A DNA stretch of 64,000 nucleotides from Clostridia bacterium. GTDB lineage: Bacteria > Bacillota > Clostridia > Christensenellales > UBA1242. A model generated the notes under the pieces. The model had not been told where the DNA came from and made no database searches. It worked only from the letters and a program-made list of their open reading frames with translations. Both the position numbers and the translations under genes were made by a program. Each line of letters opens with the position of its first letter. Position 1 is the first letter of the stretch. This document shows positions 19,201-27,934 of this stretch, piece by piece. Location of the stretch: contig JAFTYD010000019.1 in the NCBI GenBank assembly GCA_017464845.1, positions 53,567-117,566 on the forward strand. The letters are read 5' to 3'.

Positions 19201-20735
19201 CAAACGCTCCAATATTTTCTATCCAAAGTTCTATAACTTATAGCTTCAGCAATATGTCGAGGTAATATTTCTTCTTCCCCATCAAGGTCTGCAATCGTTC
19301 TTGCAACCTTTAAAATCCTATCATTTGCTCTTGCACTTAATTTCAAAGTATCAAAAGCTTGTTCCATTAAAAGTTGACAATCTTTTGATAATTTACAAAA
19401 CTTTTTAGATTCCATAACACTCATCTTTGCATTACAAAAAGTTTTTGAATTTTCAAATCTTTTTAATTGAATATTTCTAGCTTTGTCAACTCTATTTTTT
19501 ATATCTTTACTTTTTTCTTCTTTTCTATCACTATTAAGATCAGCATAACTAATATTATCAACTTCAATATGCATATCAATTCTATCCATAATTGGACCAG
19601 ATAGTTTTGCTAAATACTTATGTATTTGACTCGCTGAACATTTACATTCTCTATCTTTTGAACCATAGTTTCCACATGGACACGGATTCATACTTGCAAT
19701 CAATGTAAATGAAGACGGATAAGTTATTGTTGCATTTGCCCTTGCAACTGTTATACAACCATCTTCCATAGGTTGACGAAGCATTTCTATAACCTGTCTA
19801 CTATACTCAGGGAATTCATCTAAATATAAAACTCCATTGTGAGCAAGACTTATTTCTCCTGGCTTACTATGAACACCACCACCTGTTAAACTAACAGCAG
19901 AAGCAGAATGATGTGGAGTTCTAAATGGACGTGAAAAAACAATTCCTTTTTTATAATCAAGTTCACCTGAAATTGAATGTATTTTTGTAATTTCTAAAGC
20001 TTCCTCAAAAGTAAGTTCTGGAAGTATTCCTGCAAAACATTTTGCAAGCATACTTTTTCCACTTCCTGGTGGTCCAATAAGAAGAATATTATGACCTCCA
20101 GCAGCAGCAATTTCTAAAGCTCTTTTTGCACTATATTGTCCTTTAACAAATTCAAAATCGAGAAAGTTTTTTTCTTCATATTTTATTTCATCAAAGTTGC
20201 AAATCTTTATTTCTTCTTGTTGTATTTCATCTTTCAAAAACGCGCAAACATCGTTTAAATTTGAAAAAGAATAGCACTTAATTCCTGAAATAAATTTTGC
20301 TTCACTTTCATTTTCTTTTGGAATAATAAAATTTGTATATCCCTTTTCTCTTGCACTAATAAGGAGAGGTAAAACACCTTTAACTTTTTTAATTTCTCCA
20401 TTAAGTGATAACTCTCCAATTATAATAAAATCTTTATATTTATTATTCTTAATTTGACCTGTTGCTACCAAAATCCCAATTGCAATTCCAAGATCATACA
20501 AAGGGCCTTCCTTCTTTACATCAGCAGGTGCAAGATTTACGGTATAACGTTTTGTAGGATATTCAAGTCCAGAATTTTTTATAGCAGACCTAACCCTCTC
20601 TTTTGATTCTTTTACTGCAGTATCAGCAAGTCCAACAATATCAAAATGTGGAAGCCCTGCTGTAATATCCTCTTCTATTTCAACCAAAAAACCTTCTATT
20701 CCTTGTAATCCATAACTTAAAATTTTTGAAAGCAT
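19200..20735 (-). CDS. comM: YifB/ComM-family Mg-chelatase-like AAA+ ATPase
   Basis: Lon-like N-terminal domain, Walker A LIGPPGSGKS, Walker B VLYLDEFPE, 511 aa. Confidence 0.92.
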   Translation of the reverse strand: MLSKILSYGLQGIEGFLVEIEEDITAGLPHFDIVGLADTAVKESKERVRSAIKNSGLEYPTKRYTVNLAPADVKKEGPLYDLGIAIGILVATGQIKNNKYKDFIIIGELSLNGEIKKVKGVLPLLISAREKGYTNFIIPKENESEAKFISGIKCYSFSNLNDVCAFLKDEIQQEEIKICNFDEIKYEEKNFLDFEFVKGQYSAKRALEIAAAGGHNILLIGPPGSGKSMLAKCFAGILPELTFEEALEITKIHSISGELDYKKGIVFSRPFRTPHHSASAVSLTGGGVHSKPGEISLAHNGVLYLDEFPEYSRQVIEMLRQPMEDGCITVARANATITYPSSFTLIASMNPCPCGNYGSKDRECKCSASQIHKYLAKLSGPIMDRIDMHIEVDNISYADLNSDRKEEKSKDIKNRVDKARNIQLKRFENSKTFCNAKMSVMESKKFCKLSKDCQLLMEQAFDTLKLSARANDRILKVARTIADLDGEEEILPRHIAEAISYRTLDRKYWSV

Positions 20736-20810
20736 AATAAACTCCTCACAATATTTTCCATTATATCAAAAAATAAATATTTATCAAAAAAAAATAGTAC
20801 ACTTAAAAAA

Positions 20811-20843
20811 AATTATAAAAAAGTAGGTTTTCACCTACTTTTT
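20811..20843 (-). terminator. intrinsic terminator directly after the 809-aa ATPase gene
   Basis: Stem aagtaggt / acctactt followed by a U-run on the reverse strand. Confidence 0.7.
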
Positions 20844-23273
20844 TTATTTACCATTTATAGAATTAGCATTATCAACATTTGGATTGTTTTTAGCTTCAAT
20901 TTCTTGAGCTTTATTCTTTGAAATTTGTTTTACATCTATTTTACCATCAACAACAGAAATTAAAATATTTTTAGCTTCCTTACCTTGTTTTATTAATGCA
21001 TTTACAGGGAAATCCAATATTTGCTTAATATAATCTAAAATCATTCTTGCACCACTTTCTGGAGAAGTTGCATTTTCAGCAACATATTCACAGAATTTAT
21101 TTCTATCATCAACAACAAAATTAACTTTATATCCCAAAATATTTTTACAATTTTCTGATTTATTCTTCAAATAATTATTCAACATTTGGTCTGCAACAAG
21201 TTTTACATCTTCCTTGCTTAAAACTTTGAAGTAAACAGGAACAGCAAATCTACCTTGTTGTTCTCTTTCAATACCAGCATTAACAATTGCATCTCTTAAT
21301 GAAACTTGATTTTTGTTTATATCATCTGGCGCATTTGAGAAACCAATTTTTCTAACATTCTTATCAATAACAGCATTACTTGTTGCAATGATAACAAAAT
21401 TAGTAATGTCATATTTTACACCATTGACATCTGTAAATTCACCCTCATCAAGCATTTGCATAAATACTCTTCTTGCAACATCAGAAGCTTTTTCAAATTC
21501 TTCAAGAACAATAACACCACCAGTTGGATTATCTTCAATAAATTGAATAAGTTCAGGTTTATTTCCACTACCTACATAACCATGAGGTGTTCCAATAAGT
21601 TGCCAGTTAGTTTTTTCTGCATTTTGTTGCATTTGAATTTTACAAATTTTCTTTCTATCATCAAACAAGTACTCTCCAATAATTTCAGCAGTCATTGATT
21701 TACCAACACCTGTTGGTCCCAAGAACATCAATGAAGCTAATGGTTTTCTTGGTACTCTATTGAGATAAACATCTTCTATACAACCCCTAATCGCTTGTAT
21801 AGCATCTTTTTGTCCAATAACTTTTGAGAAATAAGCATCAAAATCTTTTTTAAAGAAATTATCTAAAAATTCACTATCAATTTGAGTTTTTGTTGCAATT
21901 TCTTTCTTTTCTGAAGGTTGAATACTTGATTCTTGGAATGAAACATTATAATCTTTAAAATCCATCATTTCAAACTTTTCAACAAGAGTTAACTTATCTT
22001 CATTTCCAAGTTGATTATAGAAGAAAATTCCTGTACTAAATTCATCATAAACTCTTTCAAGTTTTAATGTTTTTCCTAAAATTTCGTAAGTCTTTTTCAA
22101 AAGATCAAAATCTCTATTTTCATCAGTAATATCAACAATTTCTGTTTCAAATTTAGCTGATTTATTAAGTTCTTCAACAACCTCTCTCAATTCAGCTGTT
22201 ACATTTTCTTTTGCTTTATTGAAGTTTTCAATAAACATATTAAACATAAATTCAACTTCTTCAGCTTCTTTTGGACTTTTAAAAGTGCTTTCAATAAGTT
22301 CTTTTATATTAAAACTTTCATCATTTTCCATAAGAGTAAGTTCTTCAGTAATCACCCTTTTGAAATCTTTATTTGAGAAAGTACAAAGATTTTTTTCTTT
22401 ATCAAAACTAAAACAATTTTGAATATTTCCAATAACAGTTTTATTAATATCCTTTAAATTGTATTCAATAAAATTAAATAAACTTGGGAAATTATTTGAG
22501 CTTGTCAAAGTATTTGCAAGATTGTTATACAATAATTCCATTGATTTATCATCAAATAATTCTTTTTCATTTTTAAAATATAAGTCTAATCTATCAAATA
22601 ATAAATCTTTTGCAAGAATGTTTAAAATATTTAAACTATTTAAACATTTCTTATAAGATGGAAGAGTTGTCATTTCTTTACTAAAATCAAATGTCTTTAA
22701 ATCTTCATAAAAAACTTTTAAATCATCATTCAAAGTAATAAATGCAGTATTTCCAACATCTTTTAAATCTTTAAAGAATTGATGATTTTTTCCATTAATA
22801 TATTCATCAAGATTTTCAAATACATCAGCTTCAGCAAGTGAACCTGCATAACAATCTTTTAATTTTTCAACAAAAGATTCATTAAAGACACTATATGTAT
22901 AAACCAAATTGAAATAATCAGAAACATTAAATGCTCTGTCATCTTCAAGTTTTATAATAGGTTGAATAAAATCAATATCAGGACGCATAATTACTAAACC
23001 ATTACCTGATATAGAAATAAAGTTATGATCAACTTTTTGTTTTGTCTTTTCTGAAATAAATTTATCTAATGCTTTTTTATCTTCAAAATAGTGTTTCAAA
23101 AAGTCATCATAAATTTCAGGTCTATTACCCCAATCATATACTAATTCTCTTTGACCTTTTTCTTTTAATGGAACAAAAAAAGAAGTATTTTCGAAACCAA
23201 AGATTTTACGATTAATAAATTTATTAATTAAAACATCAATTTCATTTTCTTTATTAACAACAGTTTCGCTCAT
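20844..23273 (-). CDS. orphan Clp/Hsp100-type single AAA+ module (ClpC/ClpA D2-like, with IGF loop) fused to an unassigned ~480-aa N-terminal region
   Basis: Residues ~485-809 carry these motifs:
- VIGQKDAIQAI
- Walker A GPTGVGKS (aa 519-526)
- pore loop GYVG (565-568)
- Walker B VIVLEEFEKA
- sensor-1 IIATSN
- IGF (643-645)
- sensor-2 GAR (741-743)

The N-terminal 480 aa has no motif I recognise. Confidence 0.8.
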   Translation of the reverse strand: MSETVVNKENEIDVLINKFINRKIFGFENTSFFVPLKEKGQRELVYDWGNRPEIYDDFLKHYFEDKKALDKFISEKTKQKVDHNFISISGNGLVIMRPDIDFIQPIIKLEDDRAFNVSDYFNLVYTYSVFNESFVEKLKDCYAGSLAEADVFENLDEYINGKNHQFFKDLKDVGNTAFITLNDDLKVFYEDLKTFDFSKEMTTLPSYKKCLNSLNILNILAKDLLFDRLDLYFKNEKELFDDKSMELLYNNLANTLTSSNNFPSLFNFIEYNLKDINKTVIGNIQNCFSFDKEKNLCTFSNKDFKRVITEELTLMENDESFNIKELIESTFKSPKEAEEVEFMFNMFIENFNKAKENVTAELREVVEELNKSAKFETEIVDITDENRDFDLLKKTYEILGKTLKLERVYDEFSTGIFFYNQLGNEDKLTLVEKFEMMDFKDYNVSFQESSIQPSEKKEIATKTQIDSEFLDNFFKKDFDAYFSKVIGQKDAIQAIRGCIEDVYLNRVPRKPLASLMFLGPTGVGKSMTAEIIGEYLFDDRKKICKIQMQQNAEKTNWQLIGTPHGYVGSGNKPELIQFIEDNPTGGVIVLEEFEKASDVARRVFMQMLDEGEFTDVNGVKYDITNFVIIATSNAVIDKNVRKIGFSNAPDDINKNQVSLRDAIVNAGIEREQQGRFAVPVYFKVLSKEDVKLVADQMLNNYLKNKSENCKNILGYKVNFVVDDRNKFCEYVAENATSPESGARMILDYIKQILDFPVNALIKQGKEAKNILISVVDGKIDVKQISKNKAQEIEAKNNPNVDNANSINGK

Positions 23274-23307
23274 AAACTAGACCCCTTCTAAAAATATATA
23301 CTTATAT

Positions 23308-23335
23308 ATTTTAACATATTTACGAAATTTGTCAA
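23308..23335 (-). promoter_or_regulatory. dedicated promoter of the 809-aa ATPase gene
   Basis: On the reverse strand: TTGACA (23330-23335), 16-nt spacer, TAAAAT (23308-23313) with a TGn extension. RBS GAAGGGG lies 7 nt before the ATG. Confidence 0.6.
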
Positions 23336-23343
23336 CTATAAAA

Positions 23344-23372
23344 TAAAAAAAAAGAAATGTTTAAAACATTTC
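23344..23372 (-). terminator. intrinsic terminator after rplS
   Basis: Stem gaaatgt / acatttc followed by a U10 run on the reverse strand. Confidence 0.65.
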
Positions 23373-23378
23373 AATTTT

Positions 23379-23732
23379 TTAGTTATTATCAGCTGATTTA
23401 ACTTTTGTAGCCTTTTTACCAGTGAGGTCTCTGATGTAGTAAAGTTTAGCTCTCTTTGGTTTACCTTTTCTAACTACTTGGATATCACTGATTTTTGGTG
23501 AATGAAGTGGGAATGTTTTTTCAACACCAACACCATAAGAAATTTTACGAACAGTAAAAGTTTCTCTAATGCCACCATTTTTTCTAGCGATAACAACACC
23601 TTCGAAGGCTTGAATTCTTTCCTTATCTCCTTCTTTGATTCTTACTGAAACTTTAACAGTATCACCAACAGAAAATTCAGGAAGGTTTTCTTTCATGTTT
23701 TCCTTTTCAATTTGGTCAACAATGTTTGCCAT
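23379..23732 (-). CDS. rplS: 50S ribosomal protein L19
   Basis: Characteristic sequence [35 protein letters not shown]; 117 aa. Confidence 0.97.
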
Positions 23733-23885
23733 GACTTATCTCCTTTTTTCAGATTTTCGACAAGATGTTCATAAAATCAAATCTTAGAGGACCATCCGAA
23801 GTCTTGAATATACTAACATAATATAGAAAAAAAAGCAAGTATTTTCTATCAACTTTTTACAAAAACTTTAATCAAAATTTTTACC

Positions 23886-24230
23886 CTAAAAAGCATCTTT
23901 TATATGATTAATTTCACTACCTAAAATTTCAATAACATCAAACCTAACATCAACATCAAAAAGTTTATTTTCCATAAGATAAAATGTTGCAACTTTTTTA
24001 ATTTTTTCTTGTTTTCTTTTATCAACAGCTTCACATGGACGACCAAATAAACAATCTTCTCTTGACTTTACTTCAACAAAAACATATACATCTTTTTCTT
24101 TTGCAATTATATCAATTTCACCAATATAATTTGAAAAATTTGTAGAAATTATAGTAAATTTTTGAGTTTTTAGGTATTTTTCTGCAATTTTTTCTCCAAT
24201 TTTACCTTTTTCTTTATTTAATCTCTTCAT
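23886..24230 (-). CDS. yraN: YraN-family endonuclease (UPF0102)
   Basis: Motifs GEIDIIA and VFVEVKSR; 114 aa. Confidence 0.85.
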   Translation of the reverse strand: MKRLNKEKGKIGEKIAEKYLKTQKFTIISTNFSNYIGEIDIIAKEKDVYVFVEVKSREDCLFGRPCEAVDKRKQEKIKKVATFYLMENKLFDVDVRFDVIEILGSEINHIKDAF

Positions 24231-24231
24231 A

Positions 24232-25044
24232 TCAATCTAATGTTATATTACCAATTCTCCCCTTTCTTAAATCATCAATAAATGCGCTTGATGCTCTATC
24301 AATATCAAGTTCTCCTTTTGAAATATAGAAACCTCTATGTTTTGCTATATCTTCCAAGTTTACACAATTAGGAAATCTTTGTTGCATATTTTCTGGGTAT
24401 AATTTTAACATAATTTTTATACCCTCTTGAGCAAGTTCAAAAGTGTCAACAACTTCATCTTTTATGCTACCCAAAAGTGCCAATTTTTTTGCAATATCTT
24501 GATTTTGAAGATTTGGATATAAAGTACCTGGAGTATCATAAATTTCAATACAATCTCCAATAGATAACCATTGACCAACTCTTGTAACCCCTGGTCTATT
24601 TCCTGTTACAGCTTTTACCTTTCCACACAAGTTGTTAACAAGAGTACTTTTGCCTGAATTAGGTACACCAATTACCATACATCTAATAGTTGGCTTAATC
24701 CCCTTTGCTCTATACTTTTCAATTTTTGCAGAAGCTAAAACTTTCACCTTTGAAACAATAACTTTTGATACTCCAGAAAGAGTACTATTTAAAACTACAT
24801 AATCACATTCGTCCTTTTTAAATTTTGGACATATATTTTGCAACTTTTCTTTATCTGCCATATCAGATTTGTTAAAAACATATAGAGTAGGTTTATTTTG
24901 CGCTAAACTATTCAACTTTGGATTTAATGAAGAAAGTGGAATTCTTGCATCTAAAACATAAATAATCACATCAACATTTTTTAATTTTTCTTGAATATCT
25001 TTTAATGTCTTGGTCATATGACCTGGAAACCAATTTATTTTCAT
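24232..25044 (-). CDS. rbgA: ribosome biogenesis GTPase A (YlqF/RbgA), circularly permuted GTPase
   Basis: WFPGHM N-terminus, G4-before-G1 order (NKSDM ... GVPNSGKST), DTPG. I chose the start at 25044 (MKINWFPGHM), which has GGTGAAAAT upstream. Confidence 0.92.
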   Translation of the reverse strand: MKINWFPGHMTKTLKDIQEKLKNVDVIIYVLDARIPLSSLNPKLNSLAQNKPTLYVFNKSDMADKEKLQNICPKFKKDECDYVVLNSTLSGVSKVIVSKVKVLASAKIEKYRAKGIKPTIRCMVIGVPNSGKSTLVNNLCGKVKAVTGNRPGVTRVGQWLSIGDCIEIYDTPGTLYPNLQNQDIAKKLALLGSIKDEVVDTFELAQEGIKIMLKLYPENMQQRFPNCVNLEDIAKHRGFYISKGELDIDRASSAFIDDLRKGRIGNITLD

Positions 25045-25168
25045 ATTTTCACCTTTATTATATTTTATCATATAAAACAATTTTTACAAACTAAAAAATC
25101 TAAATATAAATAAATCAATATTGACTTTTTGCATAATTTTTCTTATAATAAAGTTAAGGAGAAATTGT

Positions 25169-26185
25169 ATGATTACAAATCCAGATATTCAAAAAAAGAT
25201 TTCTTTTGCAAGAAAGATTTTAAAAACAAATAAACTTCGTTTTATTGACAGTGAAGGTAGTTTAACAGCTAACTGTTATAGTTTGTATGTTTCAACAAAT
25301 GAAAATTTAAATTATTATCTTAGACTCCCATCTTTTAAAGGAAAAGATATCTTAGTTCCAACAGCTAGTGGAGACCATGCTCTTAATGCAATTTATCTTG
25401 GCGCAAAATCTGTTGAAACTTTTGATATAAATTCTTTAGCAATGTTAAACTACGACCTTAAAGAAACTGCTGTAAAATATTTAACAAGAGAAGAATATTT
25501 GCAATTTTATTCTATTCCAACTTTCTTTGATGAAACTTTATATTTAAAAATTAGAGAACATCTTAAACCTGATACTAGAATGTTTTATGATTCAATATAT
25601 AGTTATTTAGATACATTACCTTATGACCAATTAAATTCTGAAAAACTTGGTAATCTTATTGAAGAAATGAATCTTCAAAAAAGAGAAAATCTTATAGCAA
25701 ACAATCCTTTCTTAAAAAGCGACAGAAGTTATGCAGCATTGCAAGATAGATTGTTTAAATTAAGCAAACCTGTAAAACACAAATTATGTTCTGCACATGA
25801 ATTAAATTCTGAATTTAAAGATAAAGATATTGTGATTTTATCAAATATTTTAAGATACTATTTATATGAAGAATACACAGATATTGATTATGCAATGGAT
25901 ACTGATATGGCAGAAAAAATAAAAGCATCAATTTCTGATGTTTTAAAAAATGATGGTATTGCAAGTTTGTTATATATCTATGCTCTTAAAAGTCGTGATA
26001 AAAAATGGTTCCTTGAGGAGAACCTAGAAAAAAGTTTAGATTTATCAGGATTCTCTCCTTTATTTGTTAAACATAATTTAAAAGAAAATGCTGAAGATAA
26101 GATAATTTTAGTTCAAAAAGATAATGAAAGATTTAAACCTTTAGAACAAGATTTAGAGAGTGAAATTTCACCAAGAAGTTTATAA
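25169..26185 (+). CDS. DUF3419/BtaA-like SAM-binding-fold protein
   Basis: ILVPTASGDHALNAIYLGAKSVETFDINSLAMLNYDLKETAV resembles the DUF3419 core (SAGDNAL...VxAVDxNxxQ...LK). The start at 25169 follows AAGGAGA. It is the only plus-strand gene in a minus-strand block. Confidence 0.5.
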   Translation: MITNPDIQKKISFARKILKTNKLRFIDSEGSLTANCYSLYVSTNENLNYYLRLPSFKGKDILVPTASGDHALNAIYLGAKSVETFDINSLAMLNYDLKETAVKYLTREEYLQFYSIPTFFDETLYLKIREHLKPDTRMFYDSIYSYLDTLPYDQLNSEKLGNLIEEMNLQKRENLIANNPFLKSDRSYAALQDRLFKLSKPVKHKLCSAHELNSEFKDKDIVILSNILRYYLYEEYTDIDYAMDTDMAEKIKASISDVLKNDGIASLLYIYALKSRDKKWFLEENLEKSLDLSGFSPLFVKHNLKENAEDKIILVQKDNERFKPLEQDLESEISPRSL

Positions 26186-26191
26186 AATAAT

Positions 26192-26220
26192 AAAAAAGAC
26201 ACTAAAAAGTGTCTTTTTTT
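26192..26220. terminator. bidirectional terminator shared by the DUF3419-like gene and trmD
   Basis: Stem agacac / gtgtct, with an A-run before and a T-run after. Confidence 0.65.
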
Positions 26221-26879
26221 ATTAAATCTGGTCTATTTTTTAAAGTTTTTTCTAAACTTTTCATTTTTTTCCATTTTTCAATTTCAGCATGATTACCTGA
26301 AAATAAAACTTCTGGAACTTCATATCCCATAAAATTTTTAGGCTTTGTATATTGTGGATATTCAAGAGTGTCATTAGAAAAGCTCTCATCGTTAAGTGAA
26401 TCTTTTGAAAGAACTCCAGGTATAAATCGACAAAGAGAATCAACAATTGCCATACAAGGAATTTCTCCTCCTGTTAAAACATAATCACCAATTGAAACTT
26501 GAATTGGATTAAATATTTCATAAACTCTTTCATCAATACCTTCATAATGTCCACAAACAAAAATCAAATGTTCATAATTTGATAAAGACTTTGATAATTT
26601 TGAATTAAAAACCTCACCAGTTGGTGTTGGTATAATAATCACACTATTATCTTGTTTTACAGACATAATCGCATCATAAATTGGTTGTACAGTCATAAGC
26701 ATTCCTGCACCACCACTAAATGGTGTATCATCACATTTTTTATGTTTATTTTTTGAAAAATCTCTGATATTTATCAAATTAATTTGAATTATATCTTTTT
26801 CTTGTGCTCTTTTTAAAATACTTGTATTTAAAGCAGAGAAAGCTTCTGGAAACAATGTTAAAATATCAATTTTAACCAT
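26202..26879 (-). CDS. trmD: tRNA (guanine37-N1)-methyltransferase
   Basis: MVKIDILTLFPE N-terminus and the GGAGMLM, YEGIDERV and LTGGE motifs. The start at 26879 follows GAGGAGG and overlaps the rimM end. Confidence 0.95.
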   Translation of the reverse strand: MVKIDILTLFPEAFSALNTSILKRAQEKDIIQINLINIRDFSKNKHKKCDDTPFSGGAGMLMTVQPIYDAIMSVKQDNSVIIIPTPTGEVFNSKLSKSLSNYEHLIFVCGHYEGIDERVYEIFNPIQVSIGDYVLTGGEIPCMAIVDSLCRFIPGVLSKDSLNDESFSNDTLEYPQYTKPKNFMGYEVPEVLFSGNHAEIEKWKKMKSLEKTLKNRPDLIKKDTF

Positions 26880-27363
26880 CGTACCTAACCTCCTCATATT
26901 TCTTTCTGTTCACAATAAGTTTTTCTTTAGTTTGATTAAATACTCCATCAACATAAGGAACTTGAACAAGTCTTTTGTTTTCTTCAATTATCAAAATATA
27001 ACCATTTCCATAATCTTCAACATCCATAATTTGTCCAACAAGTTCTCCTTCAGTATCAAAAAGAACCATTCCTATAATATCATCAATGAGAAGTTCATCA
27101 TTATTTAATTTTTTCAAAATCTCTCTTTCAATACAAACTTCCAAATTTCTCAATTTTTCAGCCATATTTCTATCAAGGACTTGTTTGAACTTCACATAAT
27201 AAAAGCCTTGTCTAAAAGAATATCTTTCGACATCATAACCTTTTCCTAACAAGAAAATAGTATTATTTTCAAAAACAGCAGGTATATCAGTGTAAGGTTT
27301 TATTTTAACCTCACCCTTGATACCCTGCGGTTTTACAATTTTTCCAATAGCAATAAGATTCAT
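26872..27363 (-). CDS. rimM: 16S rRNA processing protein RimM
   Basis: IGKIVKPQGIKGEVKI N-terminus with a PRC-barrel C-terminus. Position between khpA and trmD fits. Confidence 0.92.
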   Translation of the reverse strand: MNLIAIGKIVKPQGIKGEVKIKPYTDIPAVFENNTIFLLGKGYDVERYSFRQGFYYVKFKQVLDRNMAEKLRNLEVCIEREILKKLNNDELLIDDIIGMVLFDTEGELVGQIMDVEDYGNGYILIIEENKRLVQVPYVDGVFNQTKEKLIVNRKKYEEVRYDG

Positions 27364-27594
27364 TTATTCCCCAAATTTTAAATATATCTTTTTTCTATTT
27401 TTAGCAAAAATTGAACGAACAATAGTTCTAATACTACTAGCGACTCTACCGTTCTTTCCAATTACTTTTCCCATATCTTCACTAGAAACAGTAATATGAA
27501 CAGTTACTTCATCATCATGTTCGTCAACTTTAACACTAACTGCATCTTCATTAACAACAAGTTGCTTAACAAGATATTCAACAAGTTCTACCAT
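27364..27594 (-). CDS. khpA: KH-domain RNA-binding protein (YlqC/KhpA)
   Basis: 76 aa with the GKVIGKNGR (GxxG) motif. Lies between rpsP and rimM. Confidence 0.9.
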   Translation of the reverse strand: MVELVEYLVKQLVVNEDAVSVKVDEHDDEVTVHITVSSEDMGKVIGKNGRVASSIRTIVRSIFAKNRKKIYLKFGE

Positions 27595-27608
27595 AAAAAC
27601 GCTCCTTT

Positions 27609-27860
27609 TTATTTACTTTCAATCGCACCACTCTTAACTAAAATAGACTTTGCTGTTTCAGTAGGTAAAGCACCTTTTCTAATCCATTCAACAGCTTTTT
27701 CATTATCAATTTTAATTTGAGCTGGATTTGTAAGTGGATTGTATGTTCCTAAGATTTCAATAAACTTACCATCTCTTGGTGATTTTGAATCAGCAACAAC
27801 AACTCTGTAGAAAGGTGATTTTTTTGATCCCATTCTTGTAAGTCTAATTTTTACTGCCAT
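27609..27860 (-). CDS. rpsP: 30S ribosomal protein S16
   Basis: [31 protein letters not shown]. Confidence 0.97.
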
Positions 27861-27934
27861 GATTTATTCTCCTTTTATAAAATATTATATAAAATTGTTT
27901 TATTTAAAACAATGATATATCAAATTAATTGATA

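Noticed and set aside
23733-23885. Possible L19 ribosomal leader upstream of rplS.
   Set aside because: The ~150-nt upstream region contains only weak hairpins. I could not match it to the known L19 leader by eye. It needs a covariance-model search.
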